A DNA stretch of 64,000 nucleotides from Paragordius varius (lineage: Eukaryota > Animalia > Nematomorpha). Position 1 is the first letter of the stretch. Every line of letters starts with the position of its first letter. This document shows positions 25,501 through 42,100 of this stretch, piece by piece. The notes under the pieces were generated by a model. The model had not been told where the DNA came from and searched no databases. It was given only the letters and a program-made list of their open reading frames with translations. The position numbers were made by a program, and so were the translations under genes. The stretch spans positions 7,254,001-7,318,000 of the forward strand of contig OZ176053.1 in NCBI GenBank assembly GCA_964247055.1, in the 5' to 3' direction.

Positions 25501-28500
25501 CAGAAAAATTCCCATGATTTTATATAAAATTTTACAGTGAGACCCCTAGTTGCAAGTCACTTAAAAAAGTTTGAAATATCAAAGACATACGTTTAGTTGA
25601 TAATTTGGATGTCGCATTTATCCCACTAATAGCGCTTTTGTGTCGATAAAGTTTTTCAGTTTCCTTGGAAAGTTCCCAAGCAATTATTTGTGCGATTCCC
25701 ATTTTAACCATTGAACCGAGATTGTCTTCACTTTCGGTGAGTAACTCCCTAATGTTAGTATAACCATTGATATCATTGTCACTCATATACTGGTTTGAAG
25801 TAATTTGGGCAATCCTCGGGTTCTGTATGCTATCATTAATTATATCTTTTTTGTTGAGATTATCATTAGCAGGGTCTATGAGTTTCGTATAAACCAATTA
25901 AATTAAAAATGATACTAACATTCAATATTTTGTTTAGGTTGATTTTTAAGCGAGCAAGAAGATATTATTAGGCCTGAAAGTCCAAACACATAATGGCATA
26001 GTAAGCCTAATGAAAAACCTTATCTAAAAAGTTATTTTAAAGGTTAATATGTATATTATACCCAATGGAGTATATGGGCTTTGAGTGTTGTCCAATTTTT
26101 TAGAGATAGCTACCATTCGTTCTGGCACAACATAAACTGTTATTTTTTCGTCAATCTTATCCTTGGAAAATGGCGGGAAAAGTTCTGAATCTTTGTTGCC
26201 CATATTGTAGGAGAATGGGAATGCTTTGTAACATCTTGTCAAAACGCTTATATTTTCAATATCGGAGAGAAAATTGATTAAATCGTTGAAAATGTGTTTC
26301 ATACTTTCGCTAATACCCGAATTTATCTATATTATATTAACATGGGAATGTATAAATGGCATTTTTAGTTCTGTAATAATTTGAAGAGTCTATTTTATTT
26401 AAAAGATTAAATATTTTTTAAACTTCAAACCTTAGAAAAGTATTTTATATAGATTGTAAAAAGACTTGATTAACAATGTAAATATCCTTTTAGCCTCCTA
26501 ATGACAAAATGAGCTTCAAATAACACAAAAATGGTTATCAAAATACTGAATAAATAGCTATAATATATTCATGAAATTGTCCGTTTACCAAATTGAAATA
26601 TGATGGCAAAATTTGTAAAAAATATACCAAGGAATGAATGTCAAGCACTTCTTGCTTCCCAAAATCATTTTCGGGGACAAATGGTTTGTGTGTACATACT
26701 TTGGCCCAATAGCTTCCAACGTTACATCCCATATCAATAAGAATTAACTTAAAAATAATAAAAAAAAATGTTTTTAATCAAAAATATCGACAGTAGAATT
26801 TTATGTGTTGTTAATTTTTAGCTCATTGTGTGTGAATATTAATCAATTGATATTTGCGCATTATCAACGTGCCTAAGTGGGAATAAAGTGTTCTTTTAAT
26901 CATTCTAAAAAAATATGGACCAAAATGTTTTTTTTGACAATAAATCCATTTTTTACTTTAGTTTATATTTTCGTAATTACTTTTCATGCAAAGTTTTTAC
27001 CTTTTTATGCTTTAAATTTGGAGTGTTTTAGATATAATATATATATTATATGTTTCGATTGGAATAACTTGGAAAAGTTTATGTAATTTACCTGGATAAT
27101 GGTAAGAAGGTTTAGTGGTGCCATAACCTTTTTAAAAGCTAAAACACTCACAAGTTCAGATATAATTAGTCGAGTGAATAAATGCTTTTCTCTTTCTCGA
27201 ATAAATGATATATTAGTGTTACATAAATAGCACATTTCCCAAAGTTGTTCGATATCAACGGGGCCAATACGTAAACAGGCTGTGAGAATCTTCCCAAAAC
27301 TATCCAATAAATTCTAGGGTAAAACACAATAAATTATTATAATCAATATCTTAACAAACGCATCAAAATTTTTAAAACTTCAATCGAATAAAATTATATG
27401 CTTTATAAACCCTAAAATGCGTGATGGATGGAATCTTTAACAATGCTAGGATAATATTAAGTATGGTGTAATTCGATTTGATTTTAATTTTTTTATTGAG
27501 TGCCTGATTAGTTTGTTGTTTATTCAATGTGGCATTGCTGCTTCCTGGAGCCGAAAACGAGGTGTTTGCAGTTCCTTGTTCCAAATTGGGATTTAAATCT
27601 ATGCTTAAGGCTTCAAAAAATGGTTCAAAATGTGAAAATATGTGAGATTTCCAAACCAATGATAATCGCTCCTTCAAAATGACATATTCCAAGTAATCAG
27701 ACAAATTTTGCAATAATTGATTTAATTTGGTTTTGGATAGACCTGATAGCCCTTTTTCTGATTCAAAGTCCTACAAAGTAAAGAACAATAACCTATATAA
27801 AAAAGACAAAAAGCGTAAAAACATAAAAAGTATTGTGTAAAGCTCTAATGATTTCTTAATGACTTAATTTAAGAATATTCGTTTTATGATAATGAAATGT
27901 ATAGGATTAAATTTAATTATTTTTAGTAATCATGTTTATGATATTCTTTCTTATTTTCTATCATCAATCATTGATTTTTTATTATCACATCTATATTGAG
28001 TAGTTTAAAATAAGGGTAAAATTAAGTTGTAAAAACCTGCAACATATTTAGTAAAGGGTTTAAAGGCCCAAAATCTGGAAAACCCCTTAAAACATCCACA
28101 ATAATTTGAAATAATTTTAATGGTTCGCCAAAATTGTTATCTTTATTATCCATCAAATTATCTTCTGAAAATGTTGAAAACAATCGCAAAAATAATCGAT
28201 TTGGGGCATATTGATGGAGTATACATCGCAACATTTGCTGAGCGATAGATCTAAGAAATTATCAAATATTTGTAAAATAATACCTATATTATTGTAACAT
28301 AATTTCCGGATTAAATTAAAAATGGGGAAACTAATTTTGATTATTAATAAAACTTTACTAAATTAACATTTAACGAATCTTTAGTTTTTAAGTATATATT
28401 CGTTTTTAAACACACATCTTTTTCGAAAGATATGATAGTGTAAAAAGTATTAAATTGTAACCAACAAAATCACATAACAAAAGTAATCACTAAGAGTAAA

Positions 28501-31500
28501 CCTAAATAAATATAAATATATATATGCCCTAACCTACAATGTCCTGGGATAAAAAATGTTTCATTAGATGCCACGTGAAGATTTGCACTTCCTATTGTAT
28601 TTGACGGATACATGAAAGACAATGATGGATTATTGGTTTGATTAGCGTTATTACTATTTGTGACATTACCCCCTCCGGCAATATTAGTAAAAGCTGAATT
28701 AATATTTGACGCTGTATTTTGTTGTTGGTTCGCGGCATCAAATGTAAGAGATGAATTTAGTGATGATATATTTGCTCCACCTTGTTGTATACCTAAAACA
28801 GAGAGGGAGGGAGATCAAAAAAAATTTATTAACAAAGGATTTGTTTCAAGGTTCAATATAGCATACCTTTCAGTCACAATTTTATATATTTTTAATTTAA
28901 AATTGATGCTAAAGTAAAAATCATGATACCAATTCAATTTATTTTTCAAGTATCCCATAATCAAAATTCTCATGTGCCAAATTAGGGGTTATGTCACAGG
29001 TAAAAAAGAATATTAATCAAATATAATAGCATTATTATACAAGAAAAACCCATAATTTTCATTGTCAACAAGAGTTTACATATTCTCAAATTAAAAAAAG
29101 AGAAAATTGCAAATAATATATTGTACATTTTAAAATAATGGTTATTTTAGGCCTTAAAATTGGGCACACAGTGTTTTATATACCTTTTATTGTCATCTTT
29201 ACAGGAATTCTTTTTTGTGGACATTAAGCGTTTAAAAAAATTCACCATATATTTGTTAACAATATTAATGAGACATCTAATACCTGGACTTAATGACATA
29301 GCCAAATTCCCATAAATAGAAGATGAGTGCATATTAGAATTGGAGATTGGGTCTCCACTTTGTTCACAAGGGTAGAAAGAGTATACGCATAACCTTAAAC
29401 AAATAATACATTTGATTGAATGAAATATTAAATTTATGATATATCCTCAAATTAAATGAGATTTATAAAGATAAGTTATAATTAACCTAGTTTCGTTTTA
29501 CACAATTTAAAAATGTATACCGGTTATTTCCTCTTTTTTAGTTATATGCAGGCCGTACTTTTTATTTATTTAAAAAAAGAATACCATTTATCGGTTTAAG
29601 AAAACCACATCAAGTCTAGTCAAATAAAATTTATATCATTTGAATATACATATATATATATATATGTAACCTTGCAGCAATTTGTATGATATCTATGAGA
29701 TGAGGTGTTGCCATAATTTCACAGCGTCGCACAAACACCTCCAAACAAACAAGCGATAATGAGATTGTATCTTCTTGTAAATCTTCAAATGCTTTAATGC
29801 CCTGCATAATCCCTTCGGTTCCAAAGTCTTGTTGTCTTTTCAAACGTTCAATCTGAGAGTTTTTATCCATAACTTGTTCGCTTTTAACAGGTGGAGGTGT
29901 TTTAAGCGAAGATAAATTTGTACTGTTACGTCCAGCATACAACCCGGGTGTCAGAGTAAGAATTGAAGCATCACTTAGCTTAGCTGTTTGAAACGGTTGA
30001 GGTGATAGCCCAAAAGTTGGATTATTACAGTCTTCTAATATAGCATTTTAAACGTGGATAAGAAAAATTAATAATCATATATGATAAATATCAATATTTC
30101 TTTCATAATATAATCGATAGGCATATTTTATAAAGCTGATATAATATATGATAAATTTTTGATATATTACGGAATTAATAATTAATATAATTCCTTTTAT
30201 TTTGTCAAAAGTTAAAATTTTATACCAGATTTTAAATATTACAAATTTTTACCCGTTTTAGTTATAGCTTCGTCTTTATCATTTAGGGATGATGCTTTGG
30301 AACGCTTATGTAACAAAGAGTTTAGCGATTCAAATGACAATGTTGAAAATAAATGTTCGGTTTCAGATCGTTTTTTCCCATTGCCTAATTCACATCAAAG
30401 CAAATGTAATATAAAATGCATAGGAAAGTATAATATTTTGGCAAAAATTTATAAATGATTAATTATACGAGTTTTATCGTTAATCATATCATGATCTGGA
30501 TTAGTGATTGATTCTTTTGTAATATTGGTTTTATCATAGTTGAGTTTTCGTTTTAATGTATTGATTATGATAGAAGCTAGGAGCTCGGCCTTTGCATATA
30601 TAGGTTTGTCATCGATTTCGTACTGCATGTTAATATACATTTAATATATAAAATACGTTAAATTTGATATAATTCATAACAACATCTCCAAACAATTTAA
30701 TAAATTCTAAAGGTTCTCAAAAATATCCAATTATATAAATAAATTTAGCCAATGAATTACTTTTACTAGAGATAATATTTTACAAATGAAAATTAAATAC
30801 ATGAAAATGTTTTAAAGTTTATGGTTATTTTAAAATTGGTCATATTCTCGGTGATTGCATTAATAACCGGTCATTACCATTTTATTTCAATATTTTTATT
30901 GTGATTATTATAATTTTATATAGGATTTACCTTAAAATAGATTATAGTTAGAGCTTTAATCCATAACTTCATTGTGAAGTGGGAAAGGGTATTTAGTGTA
31001 TCTTGGGTAGTCTTTGGGATACTGTCGGAAGAATACGTTGAATTTGTGCAAAAAGAGTAGAGGAGATCGAGAACCAGCACCAAAAGCTTATAACCCATGT
31101 TAACATTAAAATCAAGGAGCTAAATAGAAAATATGAGTTTAAATATTAATTGCCCACGCAATCTTTCGAATAGGCCCAATTGATCATATAATCCAACCAA
31201 AAGACTAAGCTGGTTAGGACACATTGAGCATAGAGATGATGATAAAATTTTGAAACAGATGCAACAATATAAATAAGATTTAACTAACAGGTCGTCCTTT
31301 AAAAACATGGCACAAAACAGGCCCAGAAGGTCTTGAGGAACGAAAAATTAATGTTAAGGACACCTACAACCGCAAAACATGAAAAAAATACATCAGACAC
31401 TCGTTATTGAGTACCCTGATCAAAAATGATGAATTTTTCTCATTATCTTTGAAACAGTTAAAATTAGTATAGTTTAATCAATGCTATTTTAACTGTATTA

Positions 31501-34500
31501 TATATGTTGAAATTTCAAAATTCGTTAAAAGTAGATGACTGAAAATATGGAATTTTTTATATTATAAAAATTATATTAATAAAGTATTCCTTATAGTAAA
31601 ATAAAAGTATACCTGAGTTATTTCAGCCAAAAATGTATTGTGAAGTGAACATTGTCTAAGTAAACCATAAATTAAAAAGTTTTATTTAAATGTATCAATT
31701 AGAATTGATAAAAATAACCAATAATACCTTAACAATCGAGGGGAAAGGGCAAAATAGTTATCTTTGCTTCTATAATACAAAAGTTGACTAAGGTAAGTCA
31801 AAGTTTCATTCCGAAGGCTTGTGACGCGTTTACCATATTTACCCGATTTGGTAGGATCCAAAAAAGTGATAAGCTAATTTCGAATGTAATTTTCAAAATA
31901 AAAATGCAAAGATATTATAACATAAGGCATAAAGAATAAACGAATTCAAATTAATCAAAAACAAGGATTTTAAGTAAATATTTTTAATGAAAAATTTACA
32001 ATAAAATAAAAAAAAGGTGAATAAAACATATTATACATGCATCATAATTTTCATAATCATATTGAAATGGTAAGAAATATCTTCGTTTTGTAGACAACTA
32101 TCATATAGCGTGTTGATTAAACTTGAGACTTGATCATCATCAAATTCTTTCATCATTCCAGCTATTATATATTCATTTATTATAATATCAATAAAAAAAA
32201 GTAATTTTCGATATTATCCATCCATCCATTCATTTTAGGTCCCAGGGTATCTGGGGTTTCCATGCACCAACTTCCTGAACAATGTCCTATCAAAGACTTG
32301 TTCGTGTTCAATATTGAAGTGTGATAGATCTTGGGTCAGCTGTTTGGACCATGTGAGCTTAGGGCGGCCTTTTCTGTTTGGGCCGGGTATATTTAAATGT
32401 TGTATTTTTTGGACCCAGTTATCGGAATTCATACGTTGAATATGTCCGTAATATCGCAATCGATTGCGCTGGATGAATAAAGCTATGGGTTCATCTTCTT
32501 CTATGGTATTATCAAAATTATTGTTGCAGATTTTGAGCATGTGATTTTCAGCTCTAGTAAGTCTATTTAGGTCTGTTGCTGTAAGGGCCCAGGTTTCTGT
32601 AGCGTATGTCATAGCTGGTCTTATTCCCATTTTGTAAATCTTTATCTTGTGATTCGATTTGATATTTTTATTAGTTAAAATATATTTTAATTGATTGAAT
32701 TTGGCCCATCCTTGTTTGATTCTATGAGAAATGGCATCCCTCAAAGAACCATCTGATGCTATATAATCGCCCAGATATGGAAAAGATGTTACAACTTCTA
32801 GTTTATCTCCATTAAAGTTTAAAGTACGTGGATTCGATATTGGCAGTGGTATTGATGAAGCACATGGTGTGCAGATGAAATTATTATTATTAATTAACTT
32901 TCCTTTTATGTTGGAACATTTTTTATGGACCCAATTTCTGCATTTTGTACAACAAAGTGAGTTTAGTTTTACCTCAGTGGTGCACACTGGGCATGGGAAC
33001 TTTATAGTTTTATGTTCATCTCCTGTGATTAGAATTTTAGTTTTGTTTGTATTGATTTTAAGACCGTATTTATGTAATTGTTTTGACCATATAAGATATT
33101 TATTTTCGAGTACTGAAATATCTTCTGCAGTGATTATGAGGTCGTCTGCATAAAGAATTTCATAAGGCAGACCTTCTCTCATATCTTTTGTTATGTAATC
33201 AATTATAGCTATAAAAAGAAGTGGGCTAAGGACAGATCCCTGATGCAGCCCAGTATTTATACTAAAATACTCTGAATTCCCAACAGGAGTAAGAACACAA
33301 CTGATTGAGTTAGTGTAGATTAACATAATTAACTTAATGGTATATTCATCTACGTTGTTGTAGCGCAGTGATTCTATTATTAGTGCTCTAGGTACTGAGT
33401 CGTAAGCCTTTTCTAAATCGACAAAAAGGTGGAATAGTTTACGACCTTTTGCTCGGTATTTATCTTGTAATTGTCTGACTAGGAAAATTGGATCGATTGT
33501 GCTTTTGCCCGCTGAAAAGGCGAATTGCATTGGATTAATTGATATGAGCTGGACGATACGATTTTTGAGGCACATTTCAAAAATTTTTAACCCATGTTCA
33601 AGAAGTTTTAAGGGCCTGTATGAGGAACAGGTTAGGATATCTCCTTTATTTTTGAAAATGGGAAATATAATGCTTTTTTCCCAGTCATTATATATTTATG
33701 AAATTATTTTAAAATTAATATTATGTTTGTTGGCGTATATTTTGATCATAAAGATACGACTTTTAATAAAAATTATATTTAACCTAAATATTTTTCCATA
33801 AAATCAATAGTTGCCCAAAACTCGGTTCATGCGGCCGTGCGAAACTTTTTGTGCGGCCCGCGATAAACTTGGAAATCCATAATTTGCAAAATATGCCATA
33901 AAAATAAAATGATATTTTTTAAACAATTTTTCTGATTAATCTCTTCAATTGGCAACAAACTATATATAATTGTATTTGTGTTTGCATTTTACCGTCTTAT
34001 GTTTAAAATTTGATAAATTGTTTTAAAAATGTGGCGCGCAAAGCCATTTGTGTTAAAGACATTTGGTTTAAATAAATCTTACAATAAGGGGATTCATTTG
34101 TTTGGGATTTGTTGATGATGTTGTGTTTATCTGATGACCGTGAATTAGAAAATTCAGAAGTGCCACCATTCTTAGCCAAAATAAAGCTATCAAGAGAAAA
34201 TTGGATCGAAGTTACAACACTTGATTTAAACAAGAATGGAGGTGAGTTTATTTGGCTGGAAAAACCAATATTATTCTTATTAGTAATATGGTTATTGTTA
34301 GTATCATTTATTTTATCAATTAGAGCAAAACATTTTTTGATGGAAAAAACTGTGTTTGATGTTGTAAGTGAAACCAAAACTTCATTAAAACGTGATATTT
34401 GGTGTTTTCTATCTTTCCGTATGGGACGAAAACCTATTATAAATTTGACATAAATGGAAAAAAATATAAATGTCAAGGCAATAAAATATTTTAAATTTAA

Positions 34501-34574
34501 AAAATTAATTTTGAGAATTAAAATTTTGTTCATAATTAAATTGCTATATATCACTGTTACTACAATTCCAAAAT

Positions 34575-34620
<46 letters not shown>

Positions 34621-37600
34621 TAAATTTTAAAGCAGCTTATTATTAGTAATATAGAATCACCTCGAAAAAAGCTAAAAACTTTAAAAGCGATTCCTAATTC
34701 ATAAAAAATAAATTAAATAAGATACTACCATGCAAGGGCGGATTTTTGTTTTTGTCATAATATGGGATATATTGTTCAATCAATGATTGTTCAGTAACAT
34801 TTAGTATAAGGTCAGCCAAATTGAGATAGAGGTAAACTATGTAAAAATCCCCATTCAAATGTTTCGTTAAACATCGCGTTTTAAATATGTTAAGCAGTGA
34901 ATGTGTTATGTTTAGTATTAACGATCTATCCATGAACGATGCAGAGTATTGCCATTCCAAACAACGGATCGCAGTCTATTTTTATGATAACAGTTATGGT
35001 GCCAAAAAAAATATTAATATTATATCAGATCAAATATCATAAAAATTAAAATATCATTAATATAGTTTAAATATGCATCTTCGATTTTGGTTGCAAACTA
35101 AAATTAATGATAGTTAATGAGCCAAAATATAAAAGTGGTTTGGTGCCATTAGAATTAGAATGTTGTTTTTTGATGATTTTTTATACACGAAGAAGGATAT
35201 ATTATCATGTTATAAATGCACATTGGTAGTATAAATATCAAAACTTGATTTCTTTTTTTGCGCTTTAAAGGGGTATAATGCGATACTCTTTATTAAACGT
35301 AGAATATATAAATGAGCACGTAATAAATATTGGTTAAAATTTTAACAAAATATTTTTAACCAATCTTGTAGTTAGTTCAACAAAAATATATTTCAACATA
35401 TATATATATATATATATATATATGATTTATATTACCTTAAAGGCCGCAAACGGGAGAGTATGAAACGATAAACGAACCAATTGTGACAAATGCAGGTTGG
35501 AATCAAACAAGCTGTAAGCCAAAACACAGAAAGCATATGCTATACAATTTTCGCTTTCTTCCTTTATGTGTGTTTCGTTACCAAAAACATTGATACACTG
35601 AAAAAATGATTGGAGACTGACGACTAAACAAAATGTAGAAAAATTAAATTTTAAAATTATATAATTTAAAAAACAAGACTGACTCTTTGATATATTAGTA
35701 GTATATTAGTAATCATTACCAAAAAAATGGAATAAATTTAAACGTAAATTGCCTAAATTTATGCTGAATCAAGAACTCTTAGGTTATATATATATATATA
35801 CAATATTTTACCTGTATAATAACATTTTTATGCAAAAATTATATAACTCTATTTAAAATGGAAAATGGAAAATATAAAATATATATTTTTATACATAAAT
35901 ACATTTAGCTTTATAATAACACCATACTTGCTTTTTCATCCAATTTCTCATCTATATAATAATACTTTTTGTCCTATTCAAAAAAAATAATTTGCAATCT
36001 TAAAAGCGCAAAGACAATTTCATACAGCTTTAGAGTTTCTATCTTTCTGAAAAGTGTGAAAGTGTTGGATTTAATTAAAATTATAACCCTAATGTAAACA
36101 ATCATTTTGACGTAATACAGAGAGTAAACGGTTAAAATATTAAATATTATTATTTAAAAGTTAAAATTTAAGTTATGAGGTTAATTATATAAGTGACGAG
36201 TTTTATAAAAGTATGGTTGAAAAATAGAGGGATAATTGTAAATATATAGCAAAAAATAAAACAACAGTTTTAAGGAGCGCCCTGCTATGTTTTAAAAACT
36301 TACTGCATGGTAACCGTATTTTCCAATCTTGATTAAAATAACGTAAAAATAGTAATTTCCAAAACTGACTTCGCCCATTCGGATAATTGATGCATCTGTT
36401 AAGCAAGGGTACTGCCAACTATAAAGATTAAAGAAAAAAATTCATATGTTTACCGTTGTTCATAAAAGATTGTGTTAAATTTAGAAATTATTAAGTAACT
36501 TTTTGTGCCATTTTAATCAATAGATTCTTACTTGATTAAGATATGAATCGGATAAAGCAAGTATGTCACACAAGGTAGGGACAACGAGATTTTCTTGGAA
36601 CCAAATTATAAAACCGCGATTTTCACCCCTGATATCTAACATGTACTGACCAGTTATTATGCAATTATTTAAGAAATGTAAACATTGATACATGGCGCGG
36701 ATACGATATTTGAGTAGGACATCAATAGAATTGTTTGATAATTTCCATGCAATTTCTTTCAAGTTTTTTTCAGTATCATTTTTCTCGTTGTTTTTATTGT
36801 TGTGCAAATTTAAATTTTCTTCTTCGGCTGTAATATTTTTACCACCGACTTGCGAGGACAATGGATATAAATCACGTTTTAGGATATGTAAGAGTCGAAA
36901 TGCCGAATATATAACTTTAAATCTTTCCTGCAACTCGGCAAAAATAATTCGAAACTCACCCTTACTCGTTTTCCAAAAGGCGTCATCTGATTCAGCCATT
37001 AAATCTTTGTATAGATACTTGTTGCTGTCAAAAAATCCATCCAACTTAGTTTTGGTTTCTGGTGATTTTTCTTTGGGTGTTTCTAGGCTGTTACTAACAC
37101 CACCTTTTAGTTGATCCCTATCAATGTGTCCCTGATTAACAGCGACAGGTTTAATAACTTCAATCGTATCGTATTTGGGTTCATCTATTACCATGGCATG
37201 ACTAACTTGTTGGGGGAAAACGGTCATCACATCGACCGGATTCAAAGAGTTCCCCGTTTCCAACAGTTCATTTTGTGGTGTAGCCATATACTCATCACTT
37301 TGTTCAAACGGTTTTAATCTGTCCAATATAAACAAGATTTGAAGAATTAGTTAAATATTTTATCTACAATACAAAAAAAATAAATGTTACTCTTCTAAAT
37401 TGTCCATGGGAATCTCTGATAATAAATTTTGTTGAACCGTACTACCATCCACAGTGCTGGCTACAATAGATTGAGGAACAATGTATTCAGGCATATCGGT
37501 AGACTCGGCAACCGGCATTAACGCATCAGTCGATTGTTGTTTTACATGATGAATAAAGGGTACTATAGAAATAGATATAAGTATTGGATATATGATTAAA

Positions 37601-39086
37601 AAAAATTTACAATTTAACATCAATGATGAGTTCAATCGCCCCTTCTGGAAAAGCTATATAAATTAATGTCAAAATTTAAGAGAGTCAATAACTTTATGAA
37701 ACATAAAAAGAAATAATCACTATTTTCCATTTTGGTTGATTCAGTAGAACTCACGATTGATTCGAAATCTTTGCTTGACGATGTTGATGGCATTTGTTCG
37801 AGCTCAAACGTATTACTATATTTTTTGATATATCCCTTTTCCATATCACCAATTTTTTGGGCTTTAGAATCCATCATTATTTCTGTAGAATCTTGTGGTT
37901 CATTATCTGTATCATCAGTAGGACAATACATAGAAACTGTGGCGGTCATAATTTGCAAAGGTGTTTGTCCCATGAGCCCTTTTGTCGTTTCTCTAAATTT
38001 GGAAGATTTGACACTACTCTTTCTCCGATGAATGATTCCACTAAGTCGCTGGATAGAAGTAACAGAACATAAATTGTGAGATCTCTATGACTTAAATTAA
38101 TTGCTACATTGAATTTTAGGCATAAGTTGAATTTCCTTTTAATTTGTTAATATTAATACAGAAAATTTATATGTAGGTTTATACAATCTAATCTATACTA
38201 AAATGTATTATTTAATTGTGGTTATTTATATTCACAAAAACTATACACCAAAGCAAACAAAACTAATATAAATATTGATAGAGAAGAAAGATAATTACAT
38301 CGGGGAAAGATAAACGGGAACTCAGAGACTTTGTCATAGTTTGAGAAGGTCTACCGTGCACATGATCTGATGGCGTCCCTTGTGTTTTGCTTAAAGAACT
38401 TACATCTCCTGACTTTTGCTTATTAACATAACGACTTTTATCTACAAGATATACGAATATGTATAATTTTATTTAGATAAAAAAATCTAATTAATATTTA
38501 TTAAAACACATTATAAGAAAAAATGTTACTTTTTAATTCAGTTTCAGAATCAAAATCCTCGGAAAACACCTGTTCTTCTCCGCTGTCTCGTGAAGAAAAA
38601 TTTTGTGAACTTTGCGTTTCTGAGATGGATTCGGGTTTAGACATAGCAAAAACTTCATATTCCGGACAAACAAATTTACCAATCTCTAAGATACCAGTCA
38701 GTCTAATCCATTAATAAATATATATTAATAGCAGATAAAATATTAAATAATTACTGATGGCTAAAAAAATCATGATACATAAAATTAGAACAAACATTAA
38801 AATTATACATGTAATCTATCAAATGCCAATAGTTATGGAAAGATGTCTCGGAAGTATAAATTAATATATTGTGCTCATAACGTCGTTGAATCGACAAAAA
38901 GGTAATGTCTTGAATGCGCCGAACAATCATAAGCAAATCTTGTACCTTTTTATTATCGGGATCGTAGGGTAGAGTGGGATTTTGCAGCTTTAACTATTAA
39001 AAATTTAGTTATTATTGTAATTTTAATTTTAAGTGTACAATTAAAAATATTATACATTATGAAAAGAAGAAAGCATTAAATTTTAA

Positions 39087-39130
<44 letters not shown>

Positions 39131-42100
39131 TCATATTCACCCTAAAATAAATTAAGTGTTTTTTAAGATTAAAAATTACTTATATTTTTTTATATTTTTA
39201 AAAAATAAAATTTTGTTTAAAAAAACAATATTGAAAAAAATAAACTATGCCATAGGGTTGTATATATTATTGCTGAGTTACAGCACGAAAACACATTTAT
39301 TTTTAGGGTGTTGAATTGTTTAAGGGTGAATTTAAATTGCTTAAGGGTGAATCTGAATTGTAAATGGTGTATATATTATATATCATATGTGAAATATTCC
39401 AAATAAGGCAACCTTAAAAACTTGTGTTTATTTATCTAAAAATACCATTTTTATTTAAATGGCCCTATATTCAAACACAAGGAAAGGTATCACCAAAATA
39501 AGCATCGAACAAGTTTAATAAAATAATTTTCGATGATTGAATAGTTTTGTAATTTTTAAGGCCAATTTAAACACAATTAATCAGTTATGGCTCTATTTTT
39601 TTTTACACATAAATTAAATCATGGTAAAATTGCGCTAGCACCTGACTAACAAGCACACGTATCAATAACGCCACTATACAATTCAAAGGATCCACCATAT
39701 CATGCATGGCAAATCGGGCCAGAAATAAATCTTGAGTCGTCGCGGTGTTAACATTGGAGGTGTGCCAACTCCACCAATCTGCAAATTGTTTATCCGTTTT
39801 TTCACGCATAATGAGTTTGCGTTTAATTTCTTCATTATCAGCTTCATCGTCGTCGTTTCCAGATGAATAAAGGTCTGACAAAGTGGTATTTTCATTATAC
39901 AATTTATTTGGGTTAAGAGAGCTAGGGTAGCCGTACATCATTGTGAAATAATTGTAAATATCAAATAATTTGGGGCTTTTAAAACATTCGGCTTTCAGGG
40001 ATTCCAACAAAGGCAAAAACGCTTTCTTTAGTAAATACTCTAGCGGTAGGGCCACTTTGGATGTTGTGAGAAACTGGGTTATAAAACGTATAAATTAAAA
40101 GGCTATCACAGAATTTTCATTAATATTTAATCAAAAAATTTAAAACAAAGTATTGAAATAATAGTTTAGAGTCTATTTTTCCCTTTTTATAGATTAAAGG
40201 GTAAGTACACAATTATATCAGGACTTGTGAAACCTTTAAGCTCGGCCCAGACTGACAGTGATGAAGCAAAAAATAGGTAGTTTCGGGGTTCGAACCCTGA
40301 CACTACAGTACCTAGTGTAAGAGTTCGACGCCCTATACCATCACACAATATTGCTAAACTAAATTTAAAAGTAAATTCAAACTCGGATCTACAAATTACA
40401 ATTAACCGAACAACTATCATAAAAATTTCTCCAATCACTATCCATGAAAATCACAAAAAGTAAAATTATACTTCGATCCATAGAAAGGCGTAAAAAATAT
40501 TTTCAATTTTTTCAACGCCTCCCACCACATCCCAACAATCTATGAGCAGACGATTCTTAATGAAATCAAACATGGTGTGATTCGGTTCAAATTGGAGTGG
40601 GGACATATCAAGATCAAACGTTTTTTTTAACAAAACTTGTAAGTCAGTATTTTTGCAGGGCAAGGCATCAGAATACCAAACTAAGGCCTGCATCCATTGG
40701 GGCATAAGGAGTTGCCAAGCATCATATTCAATCAAATCGTATGGGATAAGACAAAAAAGACGAAATAGGCCAGCCTCAATAAAATCATAATTCCTTTGTC
40801 GTTTATTTTTGGTGAGGTAGGGGTTCGTTACCAAACCTATCAATAGGGGTTGATACAAATACTTATAATTAAAATGCGTTTACCGGTAAAAATTTAAAAA
40901 TATTTTTTTACGTTCGACAAAGATTACTTTTAAATATCGTAAATTTTTGCTTATAATAAATTTATTGCTAAATTCAATAATCTCAGCATATAAAATATAA
41001 TAATCGGATTGACCCCAAAATGCACGGTCATAATTATTCAATCAATATCGCAAATTAATATATATGTGTGTGTAAATAAGTAAACAATGAAAATTAAAAT
41101 TGGTTGAAATAGAAGTTCTATTTAAAAAAATCAGGAATAATTTATTATTTTAAAATTTAATTTTTAACATTGATTCATTAATATTATAAATTGATAAACA
41201 TCAATTTTAGGAGAAGCCAAGCCCTGTACGCATGCATATAATTTTAAATTAAGGCACAAGAAAAATAAAAATCAATATTTACTATTCAAAAATCTCGAGA
41301 ATTCAAACTAAATATCTTATACCAGATAAAAGATTAGGTTGATTTGCATTACCACTGGAGGTTGAACCAGCTCCACCACCTTCGGCAGCTTTTTTCCTGT
41401 GATAAATGAAAAGATCGTATATGCTTTTAGCAAAATCTGGTGGTCGTGGACTCAAACACAACATAAAAATTTGTTGAAAACGATTGGTAAAAGCCTTGCA
41501 TATGGGTCCATCGAAATCAATATTGGCGGCATTAGGGATAATATTTTTTGCTCCGAAAAGTGCCATGGGATCAAAGCATGTGCCTTTTATACTTGTCCAA
41601 TCAAATTTAAATTGTTCAATTGTGGTTTTCTCCTTAATCCAATCACAAATTTTAGTTGATTTTAGCGTTTCAATAGATGTAGCGACTCCACCCTCAGGCA
41701 AATATGCCGTTGAATCAAACCATTGAAAAAGAGCGGCTAAGAGTCGCCCAAATTCTTCCTGAAAACAAAATATTGGGTATATTAGGGCTAGAAAAAATAT
41801 CATTCTATTTATTCTTTGTATAAAAAAACCCAAATATGATATAACTTTAGATTACATAGGGGGCATTGTCGGTATGCTTAGTTAATCCCATCAAAAGGTA
41901 TAGACCATATCTACTAAGTAGTAATCTTTCATCATACGTAAATGATCTTTGATGATTCTTTTGTTTGATAGATGTCCCGGTAGTATTATTTGCACCAACT
42001 ACATACGTTTTCATAACAAAAATGATATGTTTAACTGGTAAATGGTTTGAATTATTATAAAAAAATATTAAATCTTCCAAAAAAAAGTATTTTACATGAT

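Noticed and set aside
40275-40310. tRNA-like GGTTCGAACCC motif
   Set aside because: No cloverleaf can be formed, and it lies in an open minus-strand frame assigned to UNC79.
42074-42095. Possible further 22-nt intron in UNC79
   Set aside because: A phase-compatible acceptor about 70 nt further on gives a roughly 92-nt intron equally well, so it was not counted.
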